A stretch of 64,000 nucleotides of DNA from an uncultured delta proteobacterium (GCA_963785725.1 CAWAWS010000006.1:120128-184127); one strand, 5' to 3'. Counted from the stretch's first letter, positions 51,446 to 61,043 are shown. Made by a program: numbers and translations. Notes: generated from the letters alone by a model not told the origin.

Positions 51446-52546
51446 ATGTCTGACTTCCGCTGCCCGCACTGCCGCACGGCGCTGCCGGAGAAGGCGACGT
51501 TTTGCGCGGCCTGCGGCCGCCGCATCGAAGGCTGGAGCGCGGCGCCCGCCGACGTCACGCCGGCCGTGAATCCCGGCGCCGACGCGCTGGCCGGCGACGA
51601 CGCCGCGACGCGGCAAGTGGAGCCGACCCCGTCGCTGATGCGGGCGGTGGCGCTGTCGAAGCAGCGCGATCGGCACGCGCCGCGCTGGTGGATCGCGGTC
51701 GGCATGCTGGTGGTGGCGTTGACGGGCGGGACGGCGGCGTTCTTCGCCGTGCGGCTGCACAAGCAGTCGCAGCCGCGGCCGCTGACGATGGTGGCGCAAG
51801 AGCCCGATCCCGTCGACGAGCCGGCGCCGGCGCCGCTGCCGAGTGTGCCGCCCGTCGCCACGCCGCAACCGGTGGCGCCGCCGGCGATGACGAAGCCGCA
51901 GCCGCCGAAGACGGTCGCCAAAGTGGCGACGACGCCGAAGCCGCAGCCGGCGAAGCCGCACCCGATCGCGAAGGTGACGACGGCGAAAGCGGCCGGGCCG
52001 ACGCATTTGGCGGCGCCGAAGGTGCCGCACGCGGCCCTGCCGGCCGGCAACGGCTTGCCGCACAAAGCGGTGCACACCGACTCGCAGTCGATCGCGCAGC
52101 TGACGGTGAAGCAGCAGAAGCTGGCGGCGGTGCAGGCGAAACAGGAGCAGCAGCAGGCCACGACGCAGTCGCCGGCGGCGAATCCGCAGCTGCAGCTGCC
52201 GACGGTCGCGCACGAAACCAGCGAGACGGCGGCCGACGACCGCGCCGAAGCGCAAGCGAGCCTCGACGCCGACGGTGTCCGCTTCGTCGTCAAGACGCAC
52301 CTGCCGCAAGTGCGCGCTTGTTACGGTCGCGCCTTCAAGGACGCGTCGCCCGGCGGCACCGTCGAGGTCGGCTTCGCCATCGACGGCAACGGCCGCGCCA
52401 AGAACGTCCGCACCGAGCGCAACAGCACCGACTCCGAGCCGCTGGCGCGCTGTCTCGAGACGCGCGTCAAGGAGTGGCAGTTCCCGCGCTCCGTCGGTGG
52501 TGACTTCGAGCTCATCTACCCGTTCGTGTTCGCGCCAGGAAGCTGA
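51446..52546 (+). CDS. zinc-ribbon / TM / AgmX-PglI-type C-terminal domain protein
   Basis: ORF 51425..52546; the likely start is ATG 51446 (MSDFRCPHCRTALPEKATFCAACG zinc ribbon). It has a TM helix and a Pro/Lys/Ala-rich linker. The C-terminal domain is VKTHLPQVRACYGRAFKDASPGGTVEVGFAIDGNGR...CLETRVKEWQFP (AgmX/PglI or TonB-C-like). Confidence 0.8.
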   Translation: MSDFRCPHCRTALPEKATFCAACGRRIEGWSAAPADVTPAVNPGADALAGDDAATRQVEPTPSLMRAVALSKQRDRHAPRWWIAVGMLVVALTGGTAAFFAVRLHKQSQPRPLTMVAQEPDPVDEPAPAPLPSVPPVATPQPVAPPAMTKPQPPKTVAKVATTPKPQPAKPHPIAKVTTAKAAGPTHLAAPKVPHAALPAGNGLPHKAVHTDSQSIAQLTVKQQKLAAVQAKQEQQQATTQSPAANPQLQLPTVAHETSETAADDRAEAQASLDADGVRFVVKTHLPQVRACYGRAFKDASPGGTVEVGFAIDGNGRAKNVRTERNSTDSEPLARCLETRVKEWQFPRSVGGDFELIYPFVFAPGS

Positions 52547-52566
52547 AGCTGATATTGTAACGGCCT

Positions 52567-53577
52567 ATGGCCGAAGCCGACGGACAAGAGGTCTTGGTCG
52601 TCGACACCGACGAGCGAGTCCAGCGCGGCATGACGCAGATGCTGACCGACAATGGGCTCGTGCCGACGGTGGTCTCCGATCCAGCCCGAGCGCGCGAGCT
52701 GGCGCGCGACAAGTACTTCGCGGTGGCGCTGCTCGACATCGACACGCCCGCGCCCAACGGCGGCATCGAGCTCGTGCGCTGGTTCAAAGAGCACGCGCCG
52801 ACGACGTCGACGATCATGATGGCCTCGCGCAAGCTCTACGAATCGGCGGTCGACGCCTTTCGCGCCGGCGCCGCGGACATGATCGTGAAGTCGCCCGATC
52901 AAGTGCAGTATCTGCGGCAGCGCACGGTCGAGCTGGCGGCGGGCGTGCAAAAGACGGTGACCGACGATCGCCTGATGCAAGAGGTGATCGGCGTGCACGA
53001 GGATTTCCTGCGCCGCTTGATGGATTCGTCGCGGCGCACGGCCGAACTCGAAGAGCAGGTCGGCGGCGGCTCGCATCCGTCGGCCGCGGACGAAGAGTGC
53101 GCGCTGCTCGTCGTCGAAGAGGACGGCTGGCTGGCCAAGCAGCTCGGCGAGTCGCTGGCGGCGCGCGGCGGCTACGCGGTCGTGACGACGTCGACGGGCG
53201 GCGAAGCGATCGATCGCGCCGGCGGACGCAACTTCCAGATCGCGATCGTGCGCGATTCGCTGCCCGATCTGCCGGGGACGATGGTGATCTCGGCGTTGAA
53301 AGGGCAGTCGCAGGAGACGCTGACGATCTTGTATTCGCGGCCGGGCGCGCAGCCGGGCAAGGCCGACGTCATCGAAGGCTCGAAGACCATCCCGCTCGTG
53401 CCCGAATTTTCGCAGGCGCAGCAGATGGTCGAGCGCATCGACGAGCTGCGCGAAGCCTTCCGTCGCAAGTCGCGTGAGCGGCGCTATCTAGCTGCATTTC
53501 GTCAGGAAAACTACGAGCTCTTGCGCCGCTACGCCGACATGAAGATTCGGCTGCAGCGCGCCTCTCAGAAGACCTGA
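52567..53577 (+). CDS. dual receiver-domain protein
   Basis: 336-aa ORF. REC1 is VLVVDTDERV...VALLDIDTPAPNG...IMMASRK. REC2-like is ALLVVEEDGWLA...QIAIVRDSLPDLPG. The C-terminus is coiled-coil. No output domain is present. Confidence 0.8.
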   Translation: MAEADGQEVLVVDTDERVQRGMTQMLTDNGLVPTVVSDPARARELARDKYFAVALLDIDTPAPNGGIELVRWFKEHAPTTSTIMMASRKLYESAVDAFRAGAADMIVKSPDQVQYLRQRTVELAAGVQKTVTDDRLMQEVIGVHEDFLRRLMDSSRRTAELEEQVGGGSHPSAADEECALLVVEEDGWLAKQLGESLAARGGYAVVTTSTGGEAIDRAGGRNFQIAIVRDSLPDLPGTMVISALKGQSQETLTILYSRPGAQPGKADVIEGSKTIPLVPEFSQAQQMVERIDELREAFRRKSRERRYLAAFRQENYELLRRYADMKIRLQRASQKT

Positions 53578-53584
53578 CGGCGAC

Positions 53585-53866
53585 TTAGTCGTCTTCGGCG
53601 CGCCACACTTCGGCGCCGAGGATCTGCGGCTTGTCGGTCGGATCGAGATCGACGAGGAGCGGCATCGTCGTCGCGTCGCCGCCTTTTTTGTCGAACATGC
53701 CGACGCCGCGCACGACGCCCGTGCGCGCCGGCCCTTTGCCGCCGCGCAACTCCACGCGGTCGCCGACGGCGACGCCGGGGTTGTCGCGATTGACGCCGGG
53801 CACGAGCACCCAGCCGTTGCCGCGCACGTTGAAGGCGTCGAAGACGCGAAAGAGCCAGCGCGCCAT
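53585..53866 (-). CDS. hypothetical small protein (93 aa)
   Basis: ORF 53585..54019 trimmed to ATG 53866, which overlaps the hpt stop (TAATG). The product is [25 protein letters not shown]...VGDRVELRGG..., probably a small beta-barrel. Confidence 0.55.
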   Translation of the reverse strand: MARWLFRVFDAFNVRGNGWVLVPGVNRDNPGVAVGDRVELRGGKGPARTGVVRGVGMFDKKGGDATTMPLLVDLDPTDKPQILGAEVWRAEDD

Positions 53867-54390
53867 TATTCGCTGAGGACGCCGATATACGGGAGATTGC
53901 GGTAGTTCTGCGCGTAATCGAGCCCGTAACCGACGACGAACAGGTCGGGAATCGTGAAGCCGAGATAGTCGATCGTGCACGGCTTCTTCATGCGCGACGG
54001 CTTGTGCAAGAGCGCGCACAGCCGCACCGACGCCGGATGGCGCGTCCGCAAATTCTCCAGCAGATACTCCATCGTCAGCCCGGTATCGACGATGTCCTCG
54101 ACGATGAGCACGTGCTTGCCGTCGATGGGCTTGGTCAGATCGAACGTGATCTGCACGACGCCCGATGACGACGTCTCGTCGCCGTAGCTCTGCACGCCCA
54201 AGAACTCGACGCGCATGTCGTTCTTGACGATGGCGCGCGCCAAGTCGGCCATGAAGATGAACGAGCCCTTCAACACACCGACGAGCACCAGCTCCTTGTC
54301 GGCGTAATCACGCGTAATCTGCGCGCCCAATTCGGCGCAGCGGGCGGCGATCTGGGCCGCCGAGATCTGCTCATGAATCTGCTTGTTCAT
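53866..54390 (-). CDS. hpt: hypoxanthine phosphoribosyltransferase
   Basis: 174-aa [21 protein letters not shown] and the PRPP motif [13 protein letters not shown] are typical of HPRT. Confidence 0.95.
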   Translation of the reverse strand: MNKQIHEQISAAQIAARCAELGAQITRDYADKELVLVGVLKGSFIFMADLARAIVKNDMRVEFLGVQSYGDETSSSGVVQITFDLTKPIDGKHVLIVEDIVDTGLTMEYLLENLRTRHPASVRLCALLHKPSRMKKPCTIDYLGFTIPDLFVVGYGLDYAQNYRNLPYIGVLSE

Positions 54391-54396
54391 TGTTCC

Positions 54397-55248
54397 TCAC
54401 ACGAAGCTGTTGTTCATGATCTCGCCCAAGCCGCCGCCGCCGGGCACGATGTAATGCTTCTCGGTCAAGCCGCGCTCGTCGTCCCAGCGCTCGCCCGGCA
54501 CCGTCTGCAGCACGTCCGCCGGCGACAGCCCGCGATCGAGCCGGAGCGCGTAGACGCTCACTTCCGGGTGCTTCTTCGTCACGTGCCGCAAGTATTCGGG
54601 CGTGATGATGAGGTGCACGGCGATGATCTTCTCCGGTCGCCCGTAGGTCTCGGCGCCGTATTGCTCGATGACCTTGGAGATCGTCGCGCCGGTGGCGCCC
54701 ATCGGATCGGGAATGAGCAGCATGGCGCCGTCGATGGGCCCGCCGATCTTCGACGCGTAGAGCCCGGCGCCGGTCACGCCGCCCTGCGCGTCGACGGTGC
54801 GCCCGAGCGCCAGATGATCTTGGCGAACGCCTTCCGGCTGTAACACTTGGTTCAAGAAGTCGTAGGTGTTCTGCGACGGCAACAGGCCCGCGCGCGCCAC
54901 GGCCACGACCACCGCCGGCGTCGCGGCGGCGATGGCGTCGCCGCGCCAGACCCCGCGCGGCGTCACGTCGATCATGCGCGTCGGCACCGCCATCGGCTCG
55001 CGCGGAAACTCCGCGGCGACGACCTCGTGCACCAGCATGCGGTACAGCTCACCGACGAGCCGATTGATCTCCGGCTGCACCGTGCCTTTGGCGCACAGCC
55101 GCGCCAGCATCGCCAGCGACAGCGGATCGGCGAGGATGTGCACGCGCTCGCCGTAGCGATGCACGATCTCGCACGGACGATAGGGCACACTCTTGAACTG
55201 CACGTCGGCCGAGAGCTTGGCCTCGGCCGTTGTTGCGGGCGGCGTCAT
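54397..55248 (-). CDS. uracil phosphoribosyltransferase-like protein with N-terminal extension
   Basis: This is the C-terminal 283 aa of ORF 54397..56100, starting at ATG 55248. It has the PRPP loop LLIPDPMGATGATI and the uracil-binding-like end YIVPGGGGLGE. It is about 70 aa longer than a typical Upp. Confidence 0.8.
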   Translation of the reverse strand: MTPPATTAEAKLSADVQFKSVPYRPCEIVHRYGERVHILADPLSLAMLARLCAKGTVQPEINRLVGELYRMLVHEVVAAEFPREPMAVPTRMIDVTPRGVWRGDAIAAATPAVVVAVARAGLLPSQNTYDFLNQVLQPEGVRQDHLALGRTVDAQGGVTGAGLYASKIGGPIDGAMLLIPDPMGATGATISKVIEQYGAETYGRPEKIIAVHLIITPEYLRHVTKKHPEVSVYALRLDRGLSPADVLQTVPGERWDDERGLTEKHYIVPGGGGLGEIMNNSFV

Positions 55249-55259
55249 CGCCGCGGATG

Positions 55260-56489
55260 CTACTTCGACCACATCGCCGGATCCAGCGCTACGTCTTTGT
55301 CGACGTTGATGACGTCCACGTGCACCTTGTAATGCTCGTTCGTGTTGTCGATGTCGAAGCGCGTCTTGGTCTCGCGCACCTTCAACCCCGGCTCCTCGAC
55401 GATGACCTCTTCGCCGACGCGACCGATGTGCCGCTCGGGCGGCCGCGGCAGGAGATCGTAGGTCGCCTCCAGATCGCGCACCAGCGACTCCAAGATGCGT
55501 CCCATCGTCGGATCGTTGGGATCGCGCAGCGACTGCACGATGTTCACTTGGCCATTGACGACGATGACGTCGAACAGCGTAATTCCCGCGGGTCCGAGCG
55601 CGCGCAGCCGAAAACGATCGGGCCGCTGCACCGCCAGTAAGCCGCGGATCGTCTTGGTCTCGACGCCGGACGCGGTCTTGACCTCGATGCGCACCTGATG
55701 CTCGGCGCGCATGGTCCGCCACGACTGCGTCACCGGCATCACCGGCGCCGAGCCATGCACGGGAACGACCTTGCCCGGCGCGTGCGCCGAGGTCGCGCAG
55801 CCGAGCGTCAAAAGCGAAGCCGCGAGCAGCAGCGACCACAGCGGCGAGAAGAACACGAGCTTGATGACGCGCATCGTGTCGCGAAAGCCATGAAAGTGAG
55901 TCACGCGATTGGGACCATAGATCGTTCGAATCGGGACTTCCACCAAAGGCAGCTTCATCTTCGCCGCACGCAACAGCAGCTCCGCCTCGGTATCGAACTT
56001 CGTCGAGCGCAGCGGCACAGCGAACAGCGCCCGCGGATAGACGCGATAGCCCGACTGCGTGTCGCGATAATTCTGCCCGGCGAAGCGCGAGATCCACCAC
56101 GTCGAGATGCGATTGCCGATGCGGCTGCGGCGCGGCATGTCCTCGGCCGCGAAGCTGCGCACGCCGATGACGAGCGCCTGCGGTGACGCGTCGTGCGCCG
56201 CGCGTAACGCGGGAATCTCGGCCGGATCATGCTGTCCGTCGGCATCCATCGTCAGGACGGCGTCGACGTCGTGACGCGCGGCCCAGGCAAAGCCGCTCGC
56301 CAGCGCCGCGCCTTTGCCGCGATTGCCGGGATGGCGCAGCACCGTCGCGCCGGCGGCTTCCGCCACTTTGCCCGAGTCGTCGCGCGAGCCATCGTCGACG
56401 ACGACGACGTCGAGCCCGGCCGCGCGCGCGCCGCGAACGACCGCGCCGACCGTCGCCGCGCCTTCGTAGCAGGGAACGACGACGATCAT
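55260..56489 (-). CDS. family-2 glycosyltransferase fused to TM/lipobox-like segment and LolB/DUF4292-like domain
   Basis: 409-aa ORF. The GT2 core is IVVVPCYEGAATV...VVVVDDGSRD...LTMDADGQHDP...DTQSGYRVY. Next comes VFFSPLWSLLLAASLLTLGC. A beta-rich domain follows with RGLLAVQRPDRFRLRALGPAGITLFDVIV, which is reminiscent of LolA/LolB-fold proteins. Confidence 0.8.
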   Translation of the reverse strand: MIVVVPCYEGAATVGAVVRGARAAGLDVVVVDDGSRDDSGKVAEAAGATVLRHPGNRGKGAALASGFAWAARHDVDAVLTMDADGQHDPAEIPALRAAHDASPQALVIGVRSFAAEDMPRRSRIGNRISTWWISRFAGQNYRDTQSGYRVYPRALFAVPLRSTKFDTEAELLLRAAKMKLPLVEVPIRTIYGPNRVTHFHGFRDTMRVIKLVFFSPLWSLLLAASLLTLGCATSAHAPGKVVPVHGSAPVMPVTQSWRTMRAEHQVRIEVKTASGVETKTIRGLLAVQRPDRFRLRALGPAGITLFDVIVVNGQVNIVQSLRDPNDPTMGRILESLVRDLEATYDLLPRPPERHIGRVGEEVIVEEPGLKVRETKTRFDIDNTNEHYKVHVDVINVDKDVALDPAMWSK

Positions 56490-56599
56490 GACCGCTTCCG
56501 TGACGTTTGCGTGCCGCTGCCGGCGCGCGTCAGGCTCTTCATGCCTCCCGCATAACAGGAATCGGCAGCGACGTCACGGTCAGGCCCGCGCGCCGTCGA

Positions 56600-56899
56600 T
56601 CACTGCGTGTCGGTGTCTGATGGCGTGACCGGCGGCGGCAGCGCGCGATCGGGCAGCGGCTTGGGCGGCGTCGCCGGCAGCTCGTCCGTCGCCGGCGTGC
56701 GATCGGGCGGCAGATCCGAGTCCGCCGGCACCGGCGACGACGAATCCTCCGTTCTCGCCGGCGTCGGCGTCGGCGCCGGCGCCGCGGCCGCGTAGTCGTT
56801 GCCGCAGCCCGTCGGCGGACAGGTCGCCACCATCTTCGTCTGCCCGTAGCCGCAACCCGCCACCGCGACCGCCAACCACAAGCCCATCGTCCACTTCAT
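56600..56899 (-). CDS. small Pro/Thr-rich lipoprotein
   Basis: 99-aa ORF with the lipobox LAVAVAGC. Its start overlaps the upstream hotdog gene stop (ATGA). Confidence 0.65.
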   Translation of the reverse strand: MKWTMGLWLAVAVAGCGYGQTKMVATCPPTGCGNDYAAAAPAPTPTPARTEDSSSPVPADSDLPPDRTPATDELPATPPKPLPDRALPPPVTPSDTDTQ

Positions 56900-57300
56900 G
56901 GCGTCTCCTCGAGAGCGAACGTCAACTGACCTTGGGCGATCAGGCGCTCACCGACGAACGCTGTGCAGTCGAAGCGGTGCAATCGACCCAGCACCGCTTG
57001 CCGTACGGCCACGAGCCGTAGTGTCTCACCGGCGCGCGCTCGCTCTCTTGGATGAAACTGCGTCGCGGCCACGAGAAGTCCAGTGTGACGACCGAGCGCC
57101 TCGGTGGCCAAGCAAGCGGCCGCCTGTGCCAGCGCCTCGAGCACGAGAAAGTCGGGCAGCTCGAGCGTCGCGCGCACGAGCAGCGGGTCATCGGCCGCCA
57201 GCAGCTTGTGCGCCTCGACGGTCGTCTCCGTTTTGGCGACCACGCGATCGACCAGCAGCCACGGCGGACGATGCGGCAGCAGATCGATCGTCGTCCCCAT
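56896..57300 (-). CDS. FabZ/FabA-like hotdog-fold protein
   Basis: ORF 56896..57414 trimmed to ATG 57300. LPHRPPWLLVDRV and LVLEALAQ resemble FabZ, but the GHFP His-containing motif is not evident. Confidence 0.7.
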   Translation of the reverse strand: MGTTIDLLPHRPPWLLVDRVVAKTETTVEAHKLLAADDPLLVRATLELPDFLVLEALAQAAACLATEALGRHTGLLVAATQFHPRERARAGETLRLVAVRQAVLGRLHRFDCTAFVGERLIAQGQLTFALEETP

Positions 57301-57333
57301 GCGTGGCAGTGAATAGCATGTTAAATTTTGCCG

Positions 57334-57726
57334 ATGACCACGATTGCGCTCGAGTCGCGTGCGCGCGAGCAGCTGCTCGACATCACCGACGAGGTGCGCA
57401 AGCTCGTCGGCCAAGTCAACGTCAAGACGGGCGTCGTCTGGCTACACTGTCCGCACACGACCGCGGCGCTGACGATCCAGGAAAATACCGATCCGGCGCT
57501 GCGCAAAGACTACTTGGAGCATCTGGCGAAGCTCGTGCCGCAGCCCGGCTTTCGTCACGACGAGGGCAACGCCGACGCGCACATCAAGTCGTCGCTCATC
57601 GGCACGACTCAGCCGGTGCTCATCGACGACGGCGAGCTCGTGCTCGGCCGCTGGCAAGCGATCTATTTCGTCGAGCTCGATGGACCGCGTCATCGTCAAG
57701 TCCTGGCCCGCGTCGAAGGTCAATGA
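57334..57726 (+). CDS. yjbQ: YjbQ/UPF0047-family protein (secondary thiamine-phosphate synthase type)
   Basis: ORF 57328..57726 (TTG); ATG 57334 is the likely start. HTTAALTIQEN, GNADAHIKSSLIG and LGRWQAIYFVELDGPR are typical of the family. Confidence 0.88.
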   Translation: MTTIALESRAREQLLDITDEVRKLVGQVNVKTGVVWLHCPHTTAALTIQENTDPALRKDYLEHLAKLVPQPGFRHDEGNADAHIKSSLIGTTQPVLIDDGELVLGRWQAIYFVELDGPRHRQVLARVEGQ

Positions 57727-57727
57727 A

Positions 57728-58879
57728 GTGAAACACGCTCTAGTTTTTGCGTTGCTGCTCGGCGGCTGCGCGCATCATCAGCCGATCGCGACGAAGCCGC
57801 CGGAGCGGCAGATCGCCATGGACCCCGTGCTGTTTCACGCGCAGCCGAGCGGCAACGTCGAGCTCGTCGATCCGGCGGCGCAGTTCGAGCGCGCGAACCA
57901 GCAATTCCGCGACAAGCAGTTCGCCGAGTCGGCGGCGTCGTTCGAGCGCATCGCGCACGACTATCCCGACTCGCACTTCGTCGTGCCCTCGCTGTACAAC
58001 GCCGGCCTCGCGCTCGAGCAGGCGGGCGACTTGGGCGCCGCGATCGAGCGCTATCGCCGCATCACCGTCGAGCACCCCGACGACAAGGACATCCTCGACG
58101 CCTGGTTTCGCATGGGCCGCATCCAAGCCGACGCCAAGCGCTTCACCGACGCCACGCAGACCTGGAACGAGGTGCTGGCGCGCAAAGATCTCGCCTTCGC
58201 CGATCGGCTGGAGGCGATGGCCCGGCGCGGCTACGCGCTCTTCGCGCAAAAAGATCTGATCCCGGCCGAGCGAATGTTTCGCGAGCAGCTCGCCTACTAC
58301 AAAGCGCACGAATCCGAGGAGCGCCTCGACTCCGACTTCTTCCTCGGCATGAGCGCCTATTACTTGGGCGAAGTGGCGCACGAGCAATATCGCGCGCTGC
58401 CCGTTCGCCTGCCCGAGAAGCAAATGTCGCGCGATTTAGAGGCCAAGGCGCGCCTCTTGCTCGTGGCCCAGGCGCGCTTCGTCGATGCCATGCGCGTCAA
58501 CAACAGCGAGTGGGCGACGGCGGCCGGCTTCCAGATCGGCTCGCTCTATCGCGAATTCTATGACGATCTGGTCGGCGCACCGATTCCGCCGTCACTGAAC
58601 GGAGAAGCGCGCGAAGTTTATCTCGATGAGGTAAAGAAGCACGTGCGCACGCTCTTGCAGAAGGCGATCAGCGTGCACGAAAAGAACATCATGATGGCCG
58701 AGCGCGTAGGCGAGAAGAACGACTGGGTGCGTCGATCCAACGAGCAGATGGATCAGCTGCGCAAATTGCTCGTGCCCGGTCCGGTTCCGCCCGTCGATGC
58801 CGCGCCCGCGCCGTCAGCGACGCCGGCGACGCCGATTCCGCGCCCCCGCGACGAGGTCCATGCCCCGGTGATGATGTGA
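57728..58879 (+). CDS. TPR-repeat lipoprotein (BamD/YbgF-like)
   Basis: ORF 57680..58879 trimmed to GTG 57728, just after the yjbQ stop (VKHALVFALLLGGC lipobox). The TPR-like repeats are FRDKQFAESAASFERIAHDYPDSHFVVPSLYNAGLALEQAGD.... Confidence 0.75.
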   Translation: MKHALVFALLLGGCAHHQPIATKPPERQIAMDPVLFHAQPSGNVELVDPAAQFERANQQFRDKQFAESAASFERIAHDYPDSHFVVPSLYNAGLALEQAGDLGAAIERYRRITVEHPDDKDILDAWFRMGRIQADAKRFTDATQTWNEVLARKDLAFADRLEAMARRGYALFAQKDLIPAERMFREQLAYYKAHESEERLDSDFFLGMSAYYLGEVAHEQYRALPVRLPEKQMSRDLEAKARLLLVAQARFVDAMRVNNSEWATAAGFQIGSLYREFYDDLVGAPIPPSLNGEAREVYLDEVKKHVRTLLQKAISVHEKNIMMAERVGEKNDWVRRSNEQMDQLRKLLVPGPVPPVDAAPAPSATPATPIPRPRDEVHAPVMM

Positions 58880-58885
58880 AACTCC

Positions 58886-58914
58886 TTGACTCATTCCATA
58901 TCCTGATCTATCAA
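58886..58914 (+). promoter_or_regulatory. sigma70-type promoter candidate for the tRNA-tuf operon
   Basis: TTGACT-N17-TATCAA lies in an AT-richer stretch and ends about 57 nt upstream of tRNA-Thr. Confidence 0.5.
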
Positions 58915-58971
58915 ATCCTCCTTTTAAAATAAGCCAAGAGGCACACTGCGAACGAAAGACGTTTTGAATTC

Positions 58972-59044
58972 GCTGGCGTAGCTCACTTGGTAGAGCAGCT
59001 GACTTGTAATCAGCAGGTAATGGGTTCGATTCCCATCGCCAGCT
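58972..59044 (+). tRNA. tRNA-Thr (anticodon TGT)
   Basis: Manual cloverleaf: acceptor GCTGGCG/CGCCAGC, D-arm GCTC..GAGC, anticodon stem GCTGA/TCAGC with loop CTTGTAA, T-arm ATGGG-TTCGATT-CCCAT. Length 73 nt. Confidence 0.9.
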
Positions 59045-59079
59045 CTTTGAAATTAAAGGTAGTAAGTAACAGCTCGTCG

Positions 59080-59161
59080 GGAGGGGTTCCCGAGCGGCCA
59101 AAGGGAGCAGACTGTAAATCTGCCGGCATTGCCTACGAAGGTTCGAATCCTTCCCCCTCCA
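59080..59161 (+). tRNA. tRNA-Tyr (anticodon GTA)
   Basis: Acceptor GGAGGGG/CCCCTCC, anticodon stem GCAGA/TCTGC with loop CTGTAAA, 13-nt variable arm, T-arm GAAGG-TTCGAAT-CCTTC. Length 82 nt. Confidence 0.9.
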
Positions 59162-59199
59162 CGAAGCAGTAGCAACAAGCGTCAGGAAGCGTTACTTAG

Positions 59200-59334
59200 C
59201 AGGGCTGCGGTATCGAGTTTGGTTGTAGGAAGGCGACATCGACGGGCAGTACAGGGCTGCGATATCGGGTGCAGATCGGCGCGCACCCCCGCAGTGACCG
59301 AGGGAGCGGGCTCGTGCCCGTGACCGAGGGAGCG
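59200..59334 (+). repeat. two pairs of short direct repeats in the tRNA-Tyr / tRNA-Gly spacer
   Basis: CAGGGCTGCGGTATCG (59200-59215) matches CAGGGCTGCGATATCG (59252-59267) at 15/16 positions. GTGACCGAGGGAGCG occurs at 59294-59308 and 59320-59334 (15/15), and the two copies flank a GGGC-tcgt-GCCC hairpin. Confidence 0.8.
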
Positions 59335-59373
59335 AGGAGGTACGCGACGAGATGCGCCCGAGAGCGCAGCCAT

Positions 59374-59446
59374 GCGGGTGTAGCTCAGTTGGTAGAGCTC
59401 TAGCCTTCCAAGCTAGACGTCGCGGGTTCGAGCCCCGTCGCCCGCT
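59374..59446 (+). tRNA. tRNA-Gly (anticodon TCC)
   Basis: Acceptor GCGGGTG/CGCCCGC (one G-U pair), anticodon stem CTAGC/GCTAG with loop CTTCCAA, T-loop TTCGAGC. Length 73 nt. Confidence 0.9.
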
Positions 59447-59521
59447 CTGATGTGGTATGCAGCGAAACGCTACGGTTTCAGGCACCACATTTTGGCGAAG
59501 TAACAAAGTTAACTAAGATTT

Positions 59522-59594
59522 GCCCACGTAGCTCAGTTGGTAGAGCACGTCCTTGGTAAGGACGAGGTCTGCGGTTCAATCCCGCACGTGGGCT
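59522..59594 (+). tRNA. tRNA-Thr (anticodon GGT)
   Basis: Acceptor GCCCACG/CGTGGGC, anticodon stem CGTCC/GGACG with loop TTGGTAA, T-arm TGCGG-TTCAATC-CCGCA. Length 73 nt. Confidence 0.9.
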
Positions 59595-59628
59595 CAGTCA
59601 AAAATTTTCGAGCGAGAGGACATCGGTC

Positions 59629-60825
<1,197 letters not shown>

Positions 60826-60881
60826 CTCGTCCCGCTTCGCGTAACTGGTTTTTCCGAAATTCTGAGGTAAAGAGGTAGCTC

Positions 60882-61043
60882 ATGGCCCGTGGAAATCGCG
60901 CTCTCGTCACGCTCGAATGCACTGTGTGCCGCGAGCGTAACTACAACACCAATAAGAACAAACGGACGACTCCGGACAAGCTGGAGTTCTCCAAGTATTG
61001 CTCGCGCTGCCGCAAGCACCATCCGCACAAGGAAACGAAGTAA
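60882..61043 (+). CDS. rpmG: 50S ribosomal protein L33
   Basis: 53-aa ORF below the apparent track cutoff: [53 protein letters not shown]. It has the CxxC...CxxC L33 pattern and sits in the conserved position between tuf and tRNA-Trp/secE. Confidence 0.9.
   Translation: MARGNRALVTLECTVCRERNYNTNKNKRTTPDKLEFSKYCSRCRKHHPHKETK

Noticed and set aside
57308-57323. TGGCAG-TGAAT-AGCA motif between the hotdog gene and yjbQ, considered as a sigma54 promoter.
   Set aside because: The GG-to-GC spacing is one nucleotide short (N9 instead of N10), which is generally incompatible with sigma54 recognition.
59129-59373. ORFs 59129..59323 (+) and 59182..59373 (-) in the tRNA spacer.
   Set aside because: They overlap tRNA-Tyr or abut tRNA-Gly, have no Shine-Dalgarno, and show atypical composition. 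The region is better explained as transcribed spacer RNA.
58972-59594. The tRNA cluster considered as an integration hotspot or genomic-island boundary.
   Set aside because: No integrase, transposase, partial tRNA duplication or att-like repeat is seen nearby. The flanks are the conserved tuf-secE-nusG-rplKAJ block and ordinary chromosomal genes.
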